This document shows positions 9,491 through 18,695 of a stretch of 64,000 bases of DNA, piece after piece (positions within the stretch are counted from its first letter, which is position 1; every line of letters begins with the position of its first letter). The notes beneath the pieces were generated by a model that was not told where the DNA came from, made no database searches, and saw nothing but the letters and a program-made list of their open reading frames with translations. The DNA is taken from contig CANRVY010000005.1 in the NCBI GenBank assembly GCA_947643405.1, forward strand, positions 103-64,102, in the 5' to 3' direction. A program made the position numbers and the translations under genes. This stretch comes from an uncultured Mycoplasmatota bacterium. Lineage in GTDB: Bacteria; Bacillota_I; Bacilli_A; RF39; UBA660.

Positions 9491-10822
9491 CTACTTTCTA
9501 TCAAATATATCCATAAGAGTATTAATTCCTCTTGATTTTATTGTTTTATAAACATTTGGAATACGATCATGTAAAATGAACTCCCCTAATACGTCTCCAT
9601 TTTCTTTCACACCATCTTGTCTAAAAGTAAAAATCTCTTCCATTTTAATTGCATTATCCTCTATTCCAGTTATTTCACAAATGCTTGTTACTTTTCTTCT
9701 TCCATCTGTTAATCTGGATACTTGAACAACAATATTAATAGCTCCTTCAATATATTCACGAATAGCTCTAATTGGAATTTCCATACCAGCCATCAATACC
9801 ATAGTTTCTAAACGATTTAATGCATCAAGTGGACTATTGGCATGCATTGTTGTTAAAGACCCGTTATGCCCAGTATTCATTGCTTGTAACATATCAAAAG
9901 CCTCTTTCCCACGAACTTCTCCAACAATAATACGGTCTGGTCTCATACGAAGAGAGTTAATTACCAAATCTCGAATTGTAATAGCTCCTTCCCCTTCATA
10001 ATTGGTTAATCTTGTTTCTAGTGAGATAACATGCTCTTGTTCCAATCTAAGTTCAGCCGCATCCTCAATTGTAATAATTCTCTCATTTGGAGAAATAAAA
10101 GAAGATAATACATTTAAAAGAGTTGTTTTTCCACTTCCTGTTCCACCACAAATAATAATGTTTAGTTTTGCTTCTACGCATGCTTCTAAAAATCTAGCCA
10201 TATATGGAGTAAGTGCTCCTGTTCTTAAAAAGTCCTCAATGTTTGCTAATTCTTCTTTAAATTTACGAATTGTTAAAACTGGCCCATTTAAGGAAAGAGG
10301 CGGAATAACCGCATTTAGTCTAGAACCATCTACAAGCCTTGCATCGACCATTGGATTTGCTGTATCAATTGTTCTTCCAAGTGGTTGAATCATCCTTTGA
10401 ATCGTCCTTAAAATATGATCTTCATTGATGAAAGAAATACTGTTGTCTCTTACAACACGACCTTCCAATTCAATATAAATTTCGTCTTTTCCATTTACCA
10501 TAATTTCTGTAATATCACGGTCTTCCAATAACTCTGTTAATGGCCCATTTCCACTGATTTCATTATCAATCAAGTTATATAAGTAACTTCTTTCAACATT
10601 TGATAAATCATATCCATCTATGGTTTTATCAATTTCTGTTTTCACAAAATCAGTCATATCTCTTGCTTTGGTAATATTATTATCAATTAAATTTTGAATG
10701 ATTTTAGTACGAAGTTCATCTAACAATATTTTATTAGGAAATGCTTCATAATCTGAAACATAAGCAACTTCTGGAGTTTCTATTTGAACGTCAAATTCTT
10801 CAACAAATTTTTTCTTTGCCAT
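9491..10822 (-). CDS. tadA: Tad/Cpa pilus secretion ATPase (CpaF/TadA family, type II/IV secretion NTPase)
   Basis: Walker A IICGGTGSGKTTLLN, a His-box region, and length 443 aa typical of CpaF/TadA. Confidence 0.85.
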   Translation of the reverse strand: MAKKKFVEEFDVQIETPEVAYVSDYEAFPNKILLDELRTKIIQNLIDNNITKARDMTDFVKTEIDKTIDGYDLSNVERSYLYNLIDNEISGNGPLTELLEDRDITEIMVNGKDEIYIELEGRVVRDNSISFINEDHILRTIQRMIQPLGRTIDTANPMVDARLVDGSRLNAVIPPLSLNGPVLTIRKFKEELANIEDFLRTGALTPYMARFLEACVEAKLNIIICGGTGSGKTTLLNVLSSFISPNERIITIEDAAELRLEQEHVISLETRLTNYEGEGAITIRDLVINSLRMRPDRIIVGEVRGKEAFDMLQAMNTGHNGSLTTMHANSPLDALNRLETMVLMAGMEIPIRAIREYIEGAINIVVQVSRLTDGRRKVTSICEITGIEDNAIKMEEIFTFRQDGVKENGDVLGEFILHDRIPNVYKTIKSRGINTLMDIFDRK

Positions 10823-10831
10823 AAATTCCTC

Positions 10832-11593
10832 CTATTTTTTATCTTTCATTAAGGATTCTGCTATATTTTTAAAACTATCCATTGTTTTCTTATATTTAGA
10901 AGCAATGCCTTTTTGGAGTGTTAAAATATTGCCTTCTAATATATATTTGTCTATATTTTTTAAATAAAAGTTTTTTGGAATTACATAATCAATGTTCTCT
11001 TTTAAAATATTTCTCACATCATATTTTGAGAACGGTTCTTTTCCTGGATGAGTGGATTCATTCAAAATGATTTTGTAATTATCTTGTTCCATATCTTTAT
11101 GAATGGCAATTCTAGTTGCCATGTTTTTTAAGTTAGATGGATCATTGTTGATGACATACAATACTTGATCACTTGCATCTAAAGCTACTAAGGTAATATC
11201 ATTTAAAAAATGGTTGGTATCTATTAAAATAACATCATACCTGTAAATTACTTTTGATAGTACAACCGAAATGTATTTACTCCCTATTTTACTTGCATTT
11301 CTAGGATCTTTTGGAGAAGGAATTACATCAATGTAGTCGTTATATTTTACTAAATATCTGTCGATAATTTCAAAACGATTGCTGTTTAGATCATCTACTA
11401 ACCTATAAATATCTTGTTCATTTGGAATGTTTAAAGAAAGAGCAATTGCTCCACCATATAAGTCTAAATCAATAATTAATACTTTCTTTTTTTGAAGGCT
11501 AAAAATACCTGCTAGATTTAAAAGTGTTGTTGTTTTTCCTGTTCCACCTTTTACAGAAGCAACTGTAAATATTTTTGCTTTTTCTAATGCCAT
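10832..11593 (-). CDS. TadZ/CpaE-like MinD/ParA-family P-loop ATPase
   Basis: Deviant Walker A VKGGTGKTTTLLNLAG near the N-terminus. Position immediately upstream of tadA. Confidence 0.7.
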   Translation of the reverse strand: MALEKAKIFTVASVKGGTGKTTTLLNLAGIFSLQKKKVLIIDLDLYGGAIALSLNIPNEQDIYRLVDDLNSNRFEIIDRYLVKYNDYIDVIPSPKDPRNASKIGSKYISVVLSKVIYRYDVILIDTNHFLNDITLVALDASDQVLYVINNDPSNLKNMATRIAIHKDMEQDNYKIILNESTHPGKEPFSKYDVRNILKENIDYVIPKNFYLKNIDKYILEGNILTLQKGIASKYKKTMDSFKNIAESLMKDKK

Positions 11594-11594
11594 A

Positions 11595-11972
11595 TTATCC
11601 CTCTTTCTTAATTCTTTTCTCTCCGTTTATAACTTCTCCTTGATATGATAATTTTAAAATCTGATTTTTAGGTAGAAAAATGGTATCTATTCGTTTTTCT
11701 ACCCTTACATAAACTTTATCATCTTTAATTTCAATTCTAAGTTCATAAATATCTTTGATATTTTCCTTTAATAGATTCGTCATATTAATCTTTAAAACGG
11801 TTTCTTCTTCATTTATATGGTCGAGTGCATAACCAATAGAATCTGCAATGGCATGTTCCATTTTTCTTTTTTCGTTATAAGCAAGTCCTAAATCTACAAT
11901 TAAGCCAACCAATAACAGTAAAAATGGCAATAAGATTAAAAACAGCACAAGGACTTGTCCTTTTTTATTCAT
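11595..11972 (-). CDS. TadE/TadG-like pseudopilin (Flp-type prepilin leader, MNKKG/QVLVLF)
   Basis: Short charged leader ending in Gly followed by a hydrophobic helix. 125 aa. Confidence 0.55.
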   Translation of the reverse strand: MNKKGQVLVLFLILLPFLLLLVGLIVDLGLAYNEKRKMEHAIADSIGYALDHINEEETVLKINMTNLLKENIKDIYELRIEIKDDKVYVRVEKRIDTIFLPKNQILKLSYQGEVINGEKRIKKEG

Positions 11973-12300
11973 TTGATATCACCCTGCTCGCCTTGATTTG
12001 ATAGCTCTTCCCTAAGATCCGATTAAGTCCTGGTGTATTCACTACTACTTTTTTTGACAAGGTGATCGTAGTTGTTGTACTTTTGGTTTCTATATTTTTT
12101 GTCAATTCTTTCTGTTTTACATAGTAATCTACTTCAGTCATTTTATTCTGTCTTACTAATTCAACTACATAATCTAAGTCATTTTCTAATGTATACTCTT
12201 TATAAAGAATATTTCCAAAGTCTATTGCTCCTAATATTAATAGCAATAAAACTGGTAATATTATAATAAATTCGACTAATGCTTGCCCTTTATTCTTCAT
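11965..12300 (-). CDS. TadE-like pseudopilin / Flp-type pilin-like protein (MKNKG/QALVEF, Glu+5 and aromatic +6)
   Basis: G/XXXXE(F/Y) Flp/TadE-type processing motif, hydrophobic N-terminal helix, 111 aa. First gene of the tad operon. Confidence 0.55.
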   Translation of the reverse strand: MKNKGQALVEFIIILPVLLLLILGAIDFGNILYKEYTLENDLDYVVELVRQNKMTEVDYYVKQKELTKNIETKSTTTTITLSKKVVVNTPGLNRILGKSYQIKASRVISNE

Positions 12301-12385
12301 CTTACCACACTCTCATATTCTATATAAAATTATATCAAATAATCACTATTACGACAAGAAAAAGTTTGGTTTTACCCAAACTTCT

Positions 12386-12973
12386 TTAGTCCGTAAGTGG
12401 AGCATAAGCAATAAATCGTTTTACTTTCTGTTTTTCATCAAGTTCTATAGTTGCTTTCGATAAAGCAATAGCAGTATGCATTAGCTCTACATCAAGTTCT
12501 TTTATATGATAAATTCCATTTTCTTGATAAGCATGGTTTGAATCTGTATAAATTTCTATAAGTTCTTTTTTTGTTAGCTCACAATGAATAACTGGTTTTC
12601 GATAGTCTTCATAGTCTTCTTTTAAAACAATTTCTTTTAATAAATTATCAAATACATAACATTTTCCTTGATAGAAAAATTCTACCCATCCATGATTGTA
12701 ATCACTATTTGGTCTTTCCATGTTTGGAAACATTTTTTGATAAAGAAATCCTAATTCATTCCCAACATCGATTCGTCCTCTAATTAGTTTATCTGTATCT
12801 TCTAACCCCATAATTGCCCATGCGCTATAATAGTAACAAATCTGCTGATATCGATAACCTAAAAACTTTTCAAAAGATTCTATTCCATAAGGGGAAGGTC
12901 TTCTATCTATGAATACTTTTTTAGTTTGTTCAAAAAAATATTCATTGACTGTTAAATGCTGAATGGTTGACAT
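12386..12973 (-). CDS. Hypothetical protein (195 aa)
   Basis: ORF only, with no recognisable motif. Confidence 0.4.
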   Translation of the reverse strand: MSTIQHLTVNEYFFEQTKKVFIDRRPSPYGIESFEKFLGYRYQQICYYYSAWAIMGLEDTDKLIRGRIDVGNELGFLYQKMFPNMERPNSDYNHGWVEFFYQGKCYVFDNLLKEIVLKEDYEDYRKPVIHCELTKKELIEIYTDSNHAYQENGIYHIKELDVELMHTAIALSKATIELDEKQKVKRFIAYAPLTD

Positions 12974-12982
12974 ATTTTCTCC

Positions 12983-13609
12983 CTAATTTTTATAAACATA
13001 TTGATTGCCTTCACTATGGTCTACAATTGGGATATCCAAACCTAAATTATTACAGAAAGAAGATAATTCTTCTGCATACCAATCATCATCTTCTCCTTGT
13101 AAAAGCATTTGAAAGCCAGGAATTCCAATTGCTTTAATCATAGAAGCTGGAACACTTCCATTTACTTGATATTCATTTCTTGCATAACTATAAAAATTAT
13201 GAAGACCTTTTCGCTCACTCAGCTCCAGCCATTCTCCATAAGGTACATAAATTGTTTTATAGGCTTCTACCATTGGAGATACAATGATAGTCATATTAGG
13301 TTTTATAAACGTTTCAAATTCTAGATCTCCAAATCCCTCTTTTTCTAATAAAGAAATACGTTTTCCATCATTACAATTATCACTATAAGAAAAATATCCT
13401 GAGAGTTGATTTCTTGGAAGTAATCCTTGTTTTAAAATTTTTTTTACTATTTCTAATTGTTCTTGATAACTACCAAATCGAATACCATGATATAGATAAA
13501 GATTATCAAAATAAAGTGGTAGGTCTTCTCTTACATTTGGATGTATGGTAGAAAATAATTCCATTTTTAATTCTTCTAATTCTTTTATTTTTTGTTCTGT
13601 TAGTCTCAT
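12983..13609 (-). CDS. Hypothetical protein (208 aa)
   Basis: ORF only. Confidence 0.4.
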   Translation of the reverse strand: MRLTEQKIKELEELKMELFSTIHPNVREDLPLYFDNLYLYHGIRFGSYQEQLEIVKKILKQGLLPRNQLSGYFSYSDNCNDGKRISLLEKEGFGDLEFETFIKPNMTIIVSPMVEAYKTIYVPYGEWLELSERKGLHNFYSYARNEYQVNGSVPASMIKAIGIPGFQMLLQGEDDDWYAEELSSFCNNLGLDIPIVDHSEGNQYVYKN

Positions 13610-13658
13610 AGCATCACTTCTTTCTTGGGGGTTATTCTATATTACTTTGAATAAGATG

Positions 13659-14117
13659 TCAAGAATGATTATCCTCTATGATGTTATTAGAATTTTTATT
13701 TAATAGGGAACATATGACATTGAAATGTTGAATTATATCACTATTTGATACAGAAGAACAATCAATAGATATTCCAAATTTTTTATCTGCACTGTTATTA
13801 ATCTTACTTAAAACTTTCGCTTCCCTATCCCCTATTTTGTATATATCAACAGTGCAATTTTCATATTCGTATATATGTAACTCTTTTTTATAAATTCTTA
13901 TTAATTTATCTAAATCAATATCAATTATTTTATCCTTTGTAATATAGAATTCAAATTCAATCAAATCAATATTAAAACAAATGTCTCCCTTATCCTCTAC
14001 TGATATTACTGGCATATAGTATTTTTGTCTATAATATTCTCCATTAATATTTATAAAATGATTATTATATGATTGAAAAGTTGTTTTATAATGTAATTCA
14101 TTTAATTTTATATTCAA
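13659..14117 (-). CDS. Hypothetical protein (152 aa)
   Basis: ORF only, very AT-rich. Confidence 0.35.
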   Translation of the reverse strand: MNIKLNELHYKTTFQSYNNHFININGEYYRQKYYMPVISVEDKGDICFNIDLIEFEFYITKDKIIDIDLDKLIRIYKKELHIYEYENCTVDIYKIGDREAKVLSKINNSADKKFGISIDCSSVSNSDIIQHFNVICSLLNKNSNNIIEDNHS

Positions 14118-14293
14118 TTTTCTGCTTTATCATATATTTCATTTAAAACTTTATGTATTTCTAAAATATTCAAATTTTATCTCCTATAACTTAATCTATA
14201 TTCATTGTATCATGTATAATTTTTTAGGTAAAGTGTATCGTTTCTTGCAAAACATAATATAAAAGCCAAGAACAAAAAGATTTTAAAATGTTT

Positions 14294-14326
14294 ACAAAAA
14301 AAAGAGTTATTTTTTCATAACTCTTT
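14294..14326 (-). terminator. Intrinsic terminator downstream of the SPNTG surface protein gene
   Basis: Hairpin AAAGAGUUAU...AUAACUCUUU followed by a U-run on the minus strand. Confidence 0.55.
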
Positions 14327-14331
14327 TTTGA

Positions 14332-14892
14332 TTAAGCTTTTACATTTTTATTTTTACGAACTAATACAATCATTAATCCTAATGATAAAAGAGCTGCTCC
14401 AGCTAATGGGAATACATAAGCTACGTCTCCAGTATTTGGACTACTTGGCGCACCCTTTTTCTTATATTTGATACATAATGAATGCGCTACATCAGCAACA
14501 TCAGTACTCAATAAGCTATTTGCATTTGTAATATTTGAAAAAGTATAAACTCCATCTGCAGATGGTTGTACATATTGACGATCTACTAATACAGTGTCAA
14601 TCTCATATCCTTCGTTTACATTTACTTGAAATGTTTGAGTACATCCTGGATTTACTTCTACATAAAGTTGTTGACCACTCTTGATTGTAATAATGTTACT
14701 TGAACTACTATCTGCTGGTGTTACTGTACAACTATTTTTTGTTGTCGTAATTGTTCCATAGTCAATTCCACTTCCATCTTGTCCATTTATTACATCAATT
14801 TTCAAGTTTGCTGCACTTGCACTTGTTGCTCCAAGCCATAGAGAACAAAATGCAATTGCAAAAAAGCTCATCATTTTTATTGTTCTTTTCAT
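14332..14892 (-). CDS. Secreted cell-wall-anchored protein with an SPNTG sorting signal (signal peptide, then SPNTG + hydrophobic segment + RKNKNVKA tail)
   Basis: N-terminal signal peptide ending in the ASA/AN cleavage-site region (WLGATSASAANL). C-terminal SPNTG, TM segment and positively charged tail form a canonical sortase substrate architecture. SPxTG matches class B sortase motifs of Clostridia. Confidence 0.7.
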   Translation of the reverse strand: MKRTIKMMSFFAIAFCSLWLGATSASAANLKIDVINGQDGSGIDYGTITTTKNSCTVTPADSSSSNIITIKSGQQLYVEVNPGCTQTFQVNVNEGYEIDTVLVDRQYVQPSADGVYTFSNITNANSLLSTDVADVAHSLCIKYKKKGAPSSPNTGDVAYVFPLAGAALLSLGLMIVLVRKNKNVKA

Positions 14893-14969
14893 AAAACACT
14901 CTCCCTTATCTTACATTACCATTATCTAACAAATCTTTCATAATGTCAATCAGAGAATTCGACATTTTT

Positions 14970-17432
14970 CTAATTTGACACATTTTTTTCAGGAACTATA
15001 TAAGTCATCACTCTTTTTGCTACTAATGTAAAACGTTCATCTGGCTCTACATCTGTACACGTTGAAAGCGTCAAAAGATGATCTTTTGTTCCCACTTCTA
15101 ATTCACTAGAAAGAATGGTTTTTTGCTTTATTTCATCCAAATACTTTTGGAATGACTCTTCACTATTAAAGTTAATAATATGGGCTTCTTTTGAAGAATC
15201 AAATTCATAAGCTGCATAAATTTCATATTGATATGTTGCTTTTGGAGTAATAAGCCATATATATTTATGTTCTTCAAAATAAGATTCTTTTCTATATTTT
15301 TTGAGAGACCCAAACATGGTATTGTTTCGCATATTGTGGCCATACAAAATTGTATTATCTGAGCTAAAGTCTTGATTGGCACGATAATCTATAAAAATGG
15401 ATCCACTTATATTTGGCTTTTTATTATATAAATGTTTTAAATAATATTCATTGTCTTCTGCTCTTGTGATTGGATAATTAATTTCTGTATCATCAATTCT
15501 AATCCAAGCAACGATCTCATCATTAATTTCATACAACGGTTCAAAATCGACTTGTGGAATATCATCATTAATTGGAAATTCTGTCCTATCTGGATCTGGT
15601 TTGATAATTGGTAAAGGTTGGCTTTGCCCAATTTGATTTTGGATTTTTCCATAACTATCAGAAGCACTCCAATATTGCCAAACAATTCTTCCTAACAAGA
15701 ATAGTGAAATTGAAAAAATTAAAATCAAAATGCTTAGTACTGCCATATAAACTTTTTGGTTTGCAAGTTTATTCTTCAAAACTTTTTTCTGAATTGCTTT
15801 TGCTTCCTTGATATCCAAAACTTGTGTTAAGTTAAGATAAGTGCTTTCATATAAATCTGGATTGCTAAGATAACTAACAGATCTGTAAAGCATTTCTAAA
15901 TGATTGTTATAGAACTTCCACTGCTCTGGATCTTTTGCTAAATACTTACTGATTCTTTTTTGCTCTAATTCATACATTTTTGCCATATAATCATTAAACT
16001 TTGAAAGAAGCATTTCTAGTTCACTATGTGTAATGGTATGATTTCTAACACTTTTATTAATTTCCCTGACAAAATGCTCCTCAATGATTCGCTTTATTAA
16101 CCAGTCCGTTCTTGGTAATCTTGGCTTATATTCTAATAAATGAATAAATTCCTCTGACAGTTTTGATATTGTTAGAGGTATGTGCAAAATAACTTGCTCA
16201 TAATAATTTGCCAAAACTTCGCTATCTTCATCTTCGAAAATCAATTCTAATTCAGATTCATAAGCTTCTAATAATTCAACAATTTTCTTTTTTCTTCCAT
16301 CAGTTTGATATTCTAGTTTTAAAAAAGGACGATTTTCTATAATTTCTGGAGATAATAAAACAGTTTGATCTGTTAAGTCTTCTAGTGTTAAAACAAGACG
16401 ATTGGAATCATTAGATGGTTTTTCTCCTTTTATCGCTTCTATAATCTGTCTTTCATAATCTTCTATAATTTCTTTATAAAGAGAAGGCGCTACTTCTTCA
16501 AAAAAGCGAAGACGATTTATTAAACTTTGATCTACAATTTCCGTTTCAATGCTCAAATAGGAATAGTTCTCATAGAAAAAACTGGCACCTAAAATTTCTT
16601 TTACCATGTACTGCTTTTTACTTTTAATCTCTTCATATTTATTATGAGCAAAAGACTTGTATTTATATCTTTTTTCAAATAAATCAAACAAATAAGCAAA
16701 ATAAATCATATTTCCTTCTAAAGTTGGTTTTATAACACTTTCATTAATATAAATATCTGGTCCTTGATAAATAAATGGCTTCTTTTCTTCTAGTGTTACA
16801 ACATGAATGGTTTCTTCCCAACCTAATTGTCCAAGCAAGTCTAAAATCAAAAAACGAAATAATTCTGCATACATTGCTGATGATAAATCTAAATTTCTAT
16901 CTTTTTCAAAAATGACAAAAAATAAATATCGAAGATAATAATGTGGCATTTTCCTATTTTTATAAATCATTAAATAATTTAATAAATCTTTTAATTCAAA
17001 ATCATTTAAAATTCTATTTTTTTTCATTTGCTTGTGATAAAATCTTCCAACATCATCTGCTGCTTCTTCAAAATGAATTTCTTTCAAAAATTTTTGAAAT
17101 GGTTCAAATTCTTTTGGATATTGTTTAGATAAATCTAATAAATTTCTGCAAGCTGCATTTTCATAAAATTGAAATGGATTTTCTTTCATTTTTTCTAAAT
17201 AAAATCTTGTTAAAATTTTCATTGTAATCGGCAAATAACTAAAATTCTTTGTTTTTTTCATGATAAAAACTGTACTATTGAGTAATCGCTCAAATTCATT
17301 TAAATAGTACTGTTTGCTCATGCCATCACCAAAAAAAGAACAATTATCGTCTAGATTTAATAACTGTTTGCACAATGCTTCATCATCTAAAATATGTACT
17401 AATTGTTCAATTGTAGTTTTCCCCTTTTTCAT
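14970..17432 (-). CDS. Class B sortase fused to a large (roughly 550-aa) N-terminal cytoplasmic domain of unknown function. Single TM segment, then the sortase domain with catalytic TLSTC motif.
   Basis: C-terminal roughly 230 aa match the SrtB pattern (NTILYGHNM...MF..L.KY, TLSTCTD with catalytic Cys). A TM helix (VYMAVLSILILIFSISLFLLGRIVW) precedes it. The N-terminal 550 aa are helical with no recognised motif. Confidence 0.7.
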   Translation of the reverse strand: MKKGKTTIEQLVHILDDEALCKQLLNLDDNCSFFGDGMSKQYYLNEFERLLNSTVFIMKKTKNFSYLPITMKILTRFYLEKMKENPFQFYENAACRNLLDLSKQYPKEFEPFQKFLKEIHFEEAADDVGRFYHKQMKKNRILNDFELKDLLNYLMIYKNRKMPHYYLRYLFFVIFEKDRNLDLSSAMYAELFRFLILDLLGQLGWEETIHVVTLEEKKPFIYQGPDIYINESVIKPTLEGNMIYFAYLFDLFEKRYKYKSFAHNKYEEIKSKKQYMVKEILGASFFYENYSYLSIETEIVDQSLINRLRFFEEVAPSLYKEIIEDYERQIIEAIKGEKPSNDSNRLVLTLEDLTDQTVLLSPEIIENRPFLKLEYQTDGRKKKIVELLEAYESELELIFEDEDSEVLANYYEQVILHIPLTISKLSEEFIHLLEYKPRLPRTDWLIKRIIEEHFVREINKSVRNHTITHSELEMLLSKFNDYMAKMYELEQKRISKYLAKDPEQWKFYNNHLEMLYRSVSYLSNPDLYESTYLNLTQVLDIKEAKAIQKKVLKNKLANQKVYMAVLSILILIFSISLFLLGRIVWQYWSASDSYGKIQNQIGQSQPLPIIKPDPDRTEFPINDDIPQVDFEPLYEINDEIVAWIRIDDTEINYPITRAEDNEYYLKHLYNKKPNISGSIFIDYRANQDFSSDNTILYGHNMRNNTMFGSLKKYRKESYFEEHKYIWLITPKATYQYEIYAAYEFDSSKEAHIINFNSEESFQKYLDEIKQKTILSSELEVGTKDHLLTLSTCTDVEPDERFTLVAKRVMTYIVPEKNVSN

Positions 17433-17437
17433 CTTTT

Positions 17438-17617
17438 CTACTCCGATTTTTCTTCTTTTATAATTTGACTTTGTTTTAAGTAGTGATTTGCTAAATGAAG
17501 AAATTTAGTGGCCTCATTTTCACGTTTGCAAGTTAAAGCTTCTTTATATTTTTCAAAGTAATAAACCATTTTTTCGCGATCTGTTAACTGACGTTTAAAA
17601 TAATTTGTATCTTCCAC
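17438..17617 (-). CDS. Small ORF (59 aa, GTG start, GGAG RBS) ending 5 bp upstream of the sortase-fusion gene. Not in the ORF track because it is under 60 aa.
   Basis: Manual translation gives VEDTNYFKRQLTDREKMVYYFEKYKEALTCKRENEATKFLHLANHYLKQSQIIKEEKSE. Tight spacing to the downstream gene suggests an operon. Confidence 0.35.
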   Translation of the reverse strand: MEDTNYFKRQLTDREKMVYYFEKYKEALTCKRENEATKFLHLANHYLKQSQIIKEEKSE

Positions 17618-17711
17618 TTGCTACCACTCCTTATTCTAAATTTATTTTAACATACAATAGAAAAAAGAACAAGAAAAAGTATCCTAAGTCAGATACTTTT
17701 CCTCGATCATT

Positions 17712-18551
17712 TTAATTTTTCCTTTTCGTCACATATTCTTTAATCTGACTATCAGTTAAGCCTGTTATCTCTTTGATAAAAGGCAAATCAATCCCCTTCT
17801 TTAGCATAGAAAAAGCAGTTTCTAGTTTTCCAACCATAATTCCTTCTTTCTTTCCTCGCTTCTCTCCTCTTTGCTCTGCATGATATTTTATCATTGATGT
17901 GGCTTGTTCAAAGCTCATTTCCATACTTTCTTCCTCCTTCAATTTTTGATATATTTTATAATCCATATTATAATATTTAATATTCTCTATAAAACTTTGA
18001 AATGTTTTCTTTTCTTCTAATTCTAATAAAGTTTTTGTCACTACTTTTTTTCCTAATCTATCCAAGTTAAATATTCTTGCATAATCATAATCTATCCCAT
18101 TTCTTTTTTTCAATGCTTCGTAAATATTCCATATTTTAATCTTCGATAAATTTCCAAATTGCTCATCACGATTTCTATTTATTTCTTCATATTCTTTCAG
18201 TACTTCTGAACTTTGATAGGGATAATTTAATATCAAATATAGTTCTACAGGTTTTACATGCTCGTAGAATTTTCCTGGATTTTGTCTCATATAAAAACCT
18301 GATATATACATTTTACTTCTCGGTTCAATATTTTCTAAATTTTTATTTTGAAGTTCTACAATTATAATTCTCTTTTCTGTTTTAATAACCAAATCACTGA
18401 TTCGATATCGTAGATTTTCTTGAAAAGCATCTTTAAAAAACTGTTTTAAATATTCTTTTTTTCGAAACATATTTTTAAAAATAGTATCATATCGTAATCC
18501 ATAAATTTTTATATCTTTTTTATTTTTGAATGACTGAATACGATTTTGCAT
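17712..18551 (-). CDS. Rpn/YhgA-like PD-(D/E)XK nuclease family putative transposase
   Basis: IVELQ nuclease-core motif in the N-terminal half. C-terminal Gly-rich EQRGEKRGKKEG...ITGLTDSQIKEY tail is characteristic of the Rpn (transposase_31) family. Confidence 0.55.
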   Translation of the reverse strand: MQNRIQSFKNKKDIKIYGLRYDTIFKNMFRKKEYLKQFFKDAFQENLRYRISDLVIKTEKRIIIVELQNKNLENIEPRSKMYISGFYMRQNPGKFYEHVKPVELYLILNYPYQSSEVLKEYEEINRNRDEQFGNLSKIKIWNIYEALKKRNGIDYDYARIFNLDRLGKKVVTKTLLELEEKKTFQSFIENIKYYNMDYKIYQKLKEEESMEMSFEQATSMIKYHAEQRGEKRGKKEGIMVGKLETAFSMLKKGIDLPFIKEITGLTDSQIKEYVTKRKN

Positions 18552-18672
18552 GATTTTCCTCCTTATTAGGAAGAATCGTCTACATTATAATAGATAATAT
18601 TATTATTGTCAAATACTTCTTCCTGCTCATTAGAATTATATAAGATACGTTTGAAAAAACCTTAAATTTTAA

Positions 18673-18695
18673 CAAAAAAAGAAGCTTATGCTTCT
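18673..18695 (-). terminator. Intrinsic terminator of glyQS
   Basis: AGAAGC-AUAA-GCUUCU hairpin plus U7 on the minus strand. Overlaps the stop codon. Confidence 0.6.

Noticed and set aside
10002-10388. 128-aa plus-strand ORF inside tadA
   Set aside because: Antisense to a well-supported ATPase gene carrying Walker motifs. No translation signals.
15128-15811. Minus- and plus-strand ORFs of 67-84 aa inside the sortase-fusion gene (15128..15382, 15437..15685, 15608..15811)
   Set aside because: Alternative frames of the 820-aa ORF. No independent support.
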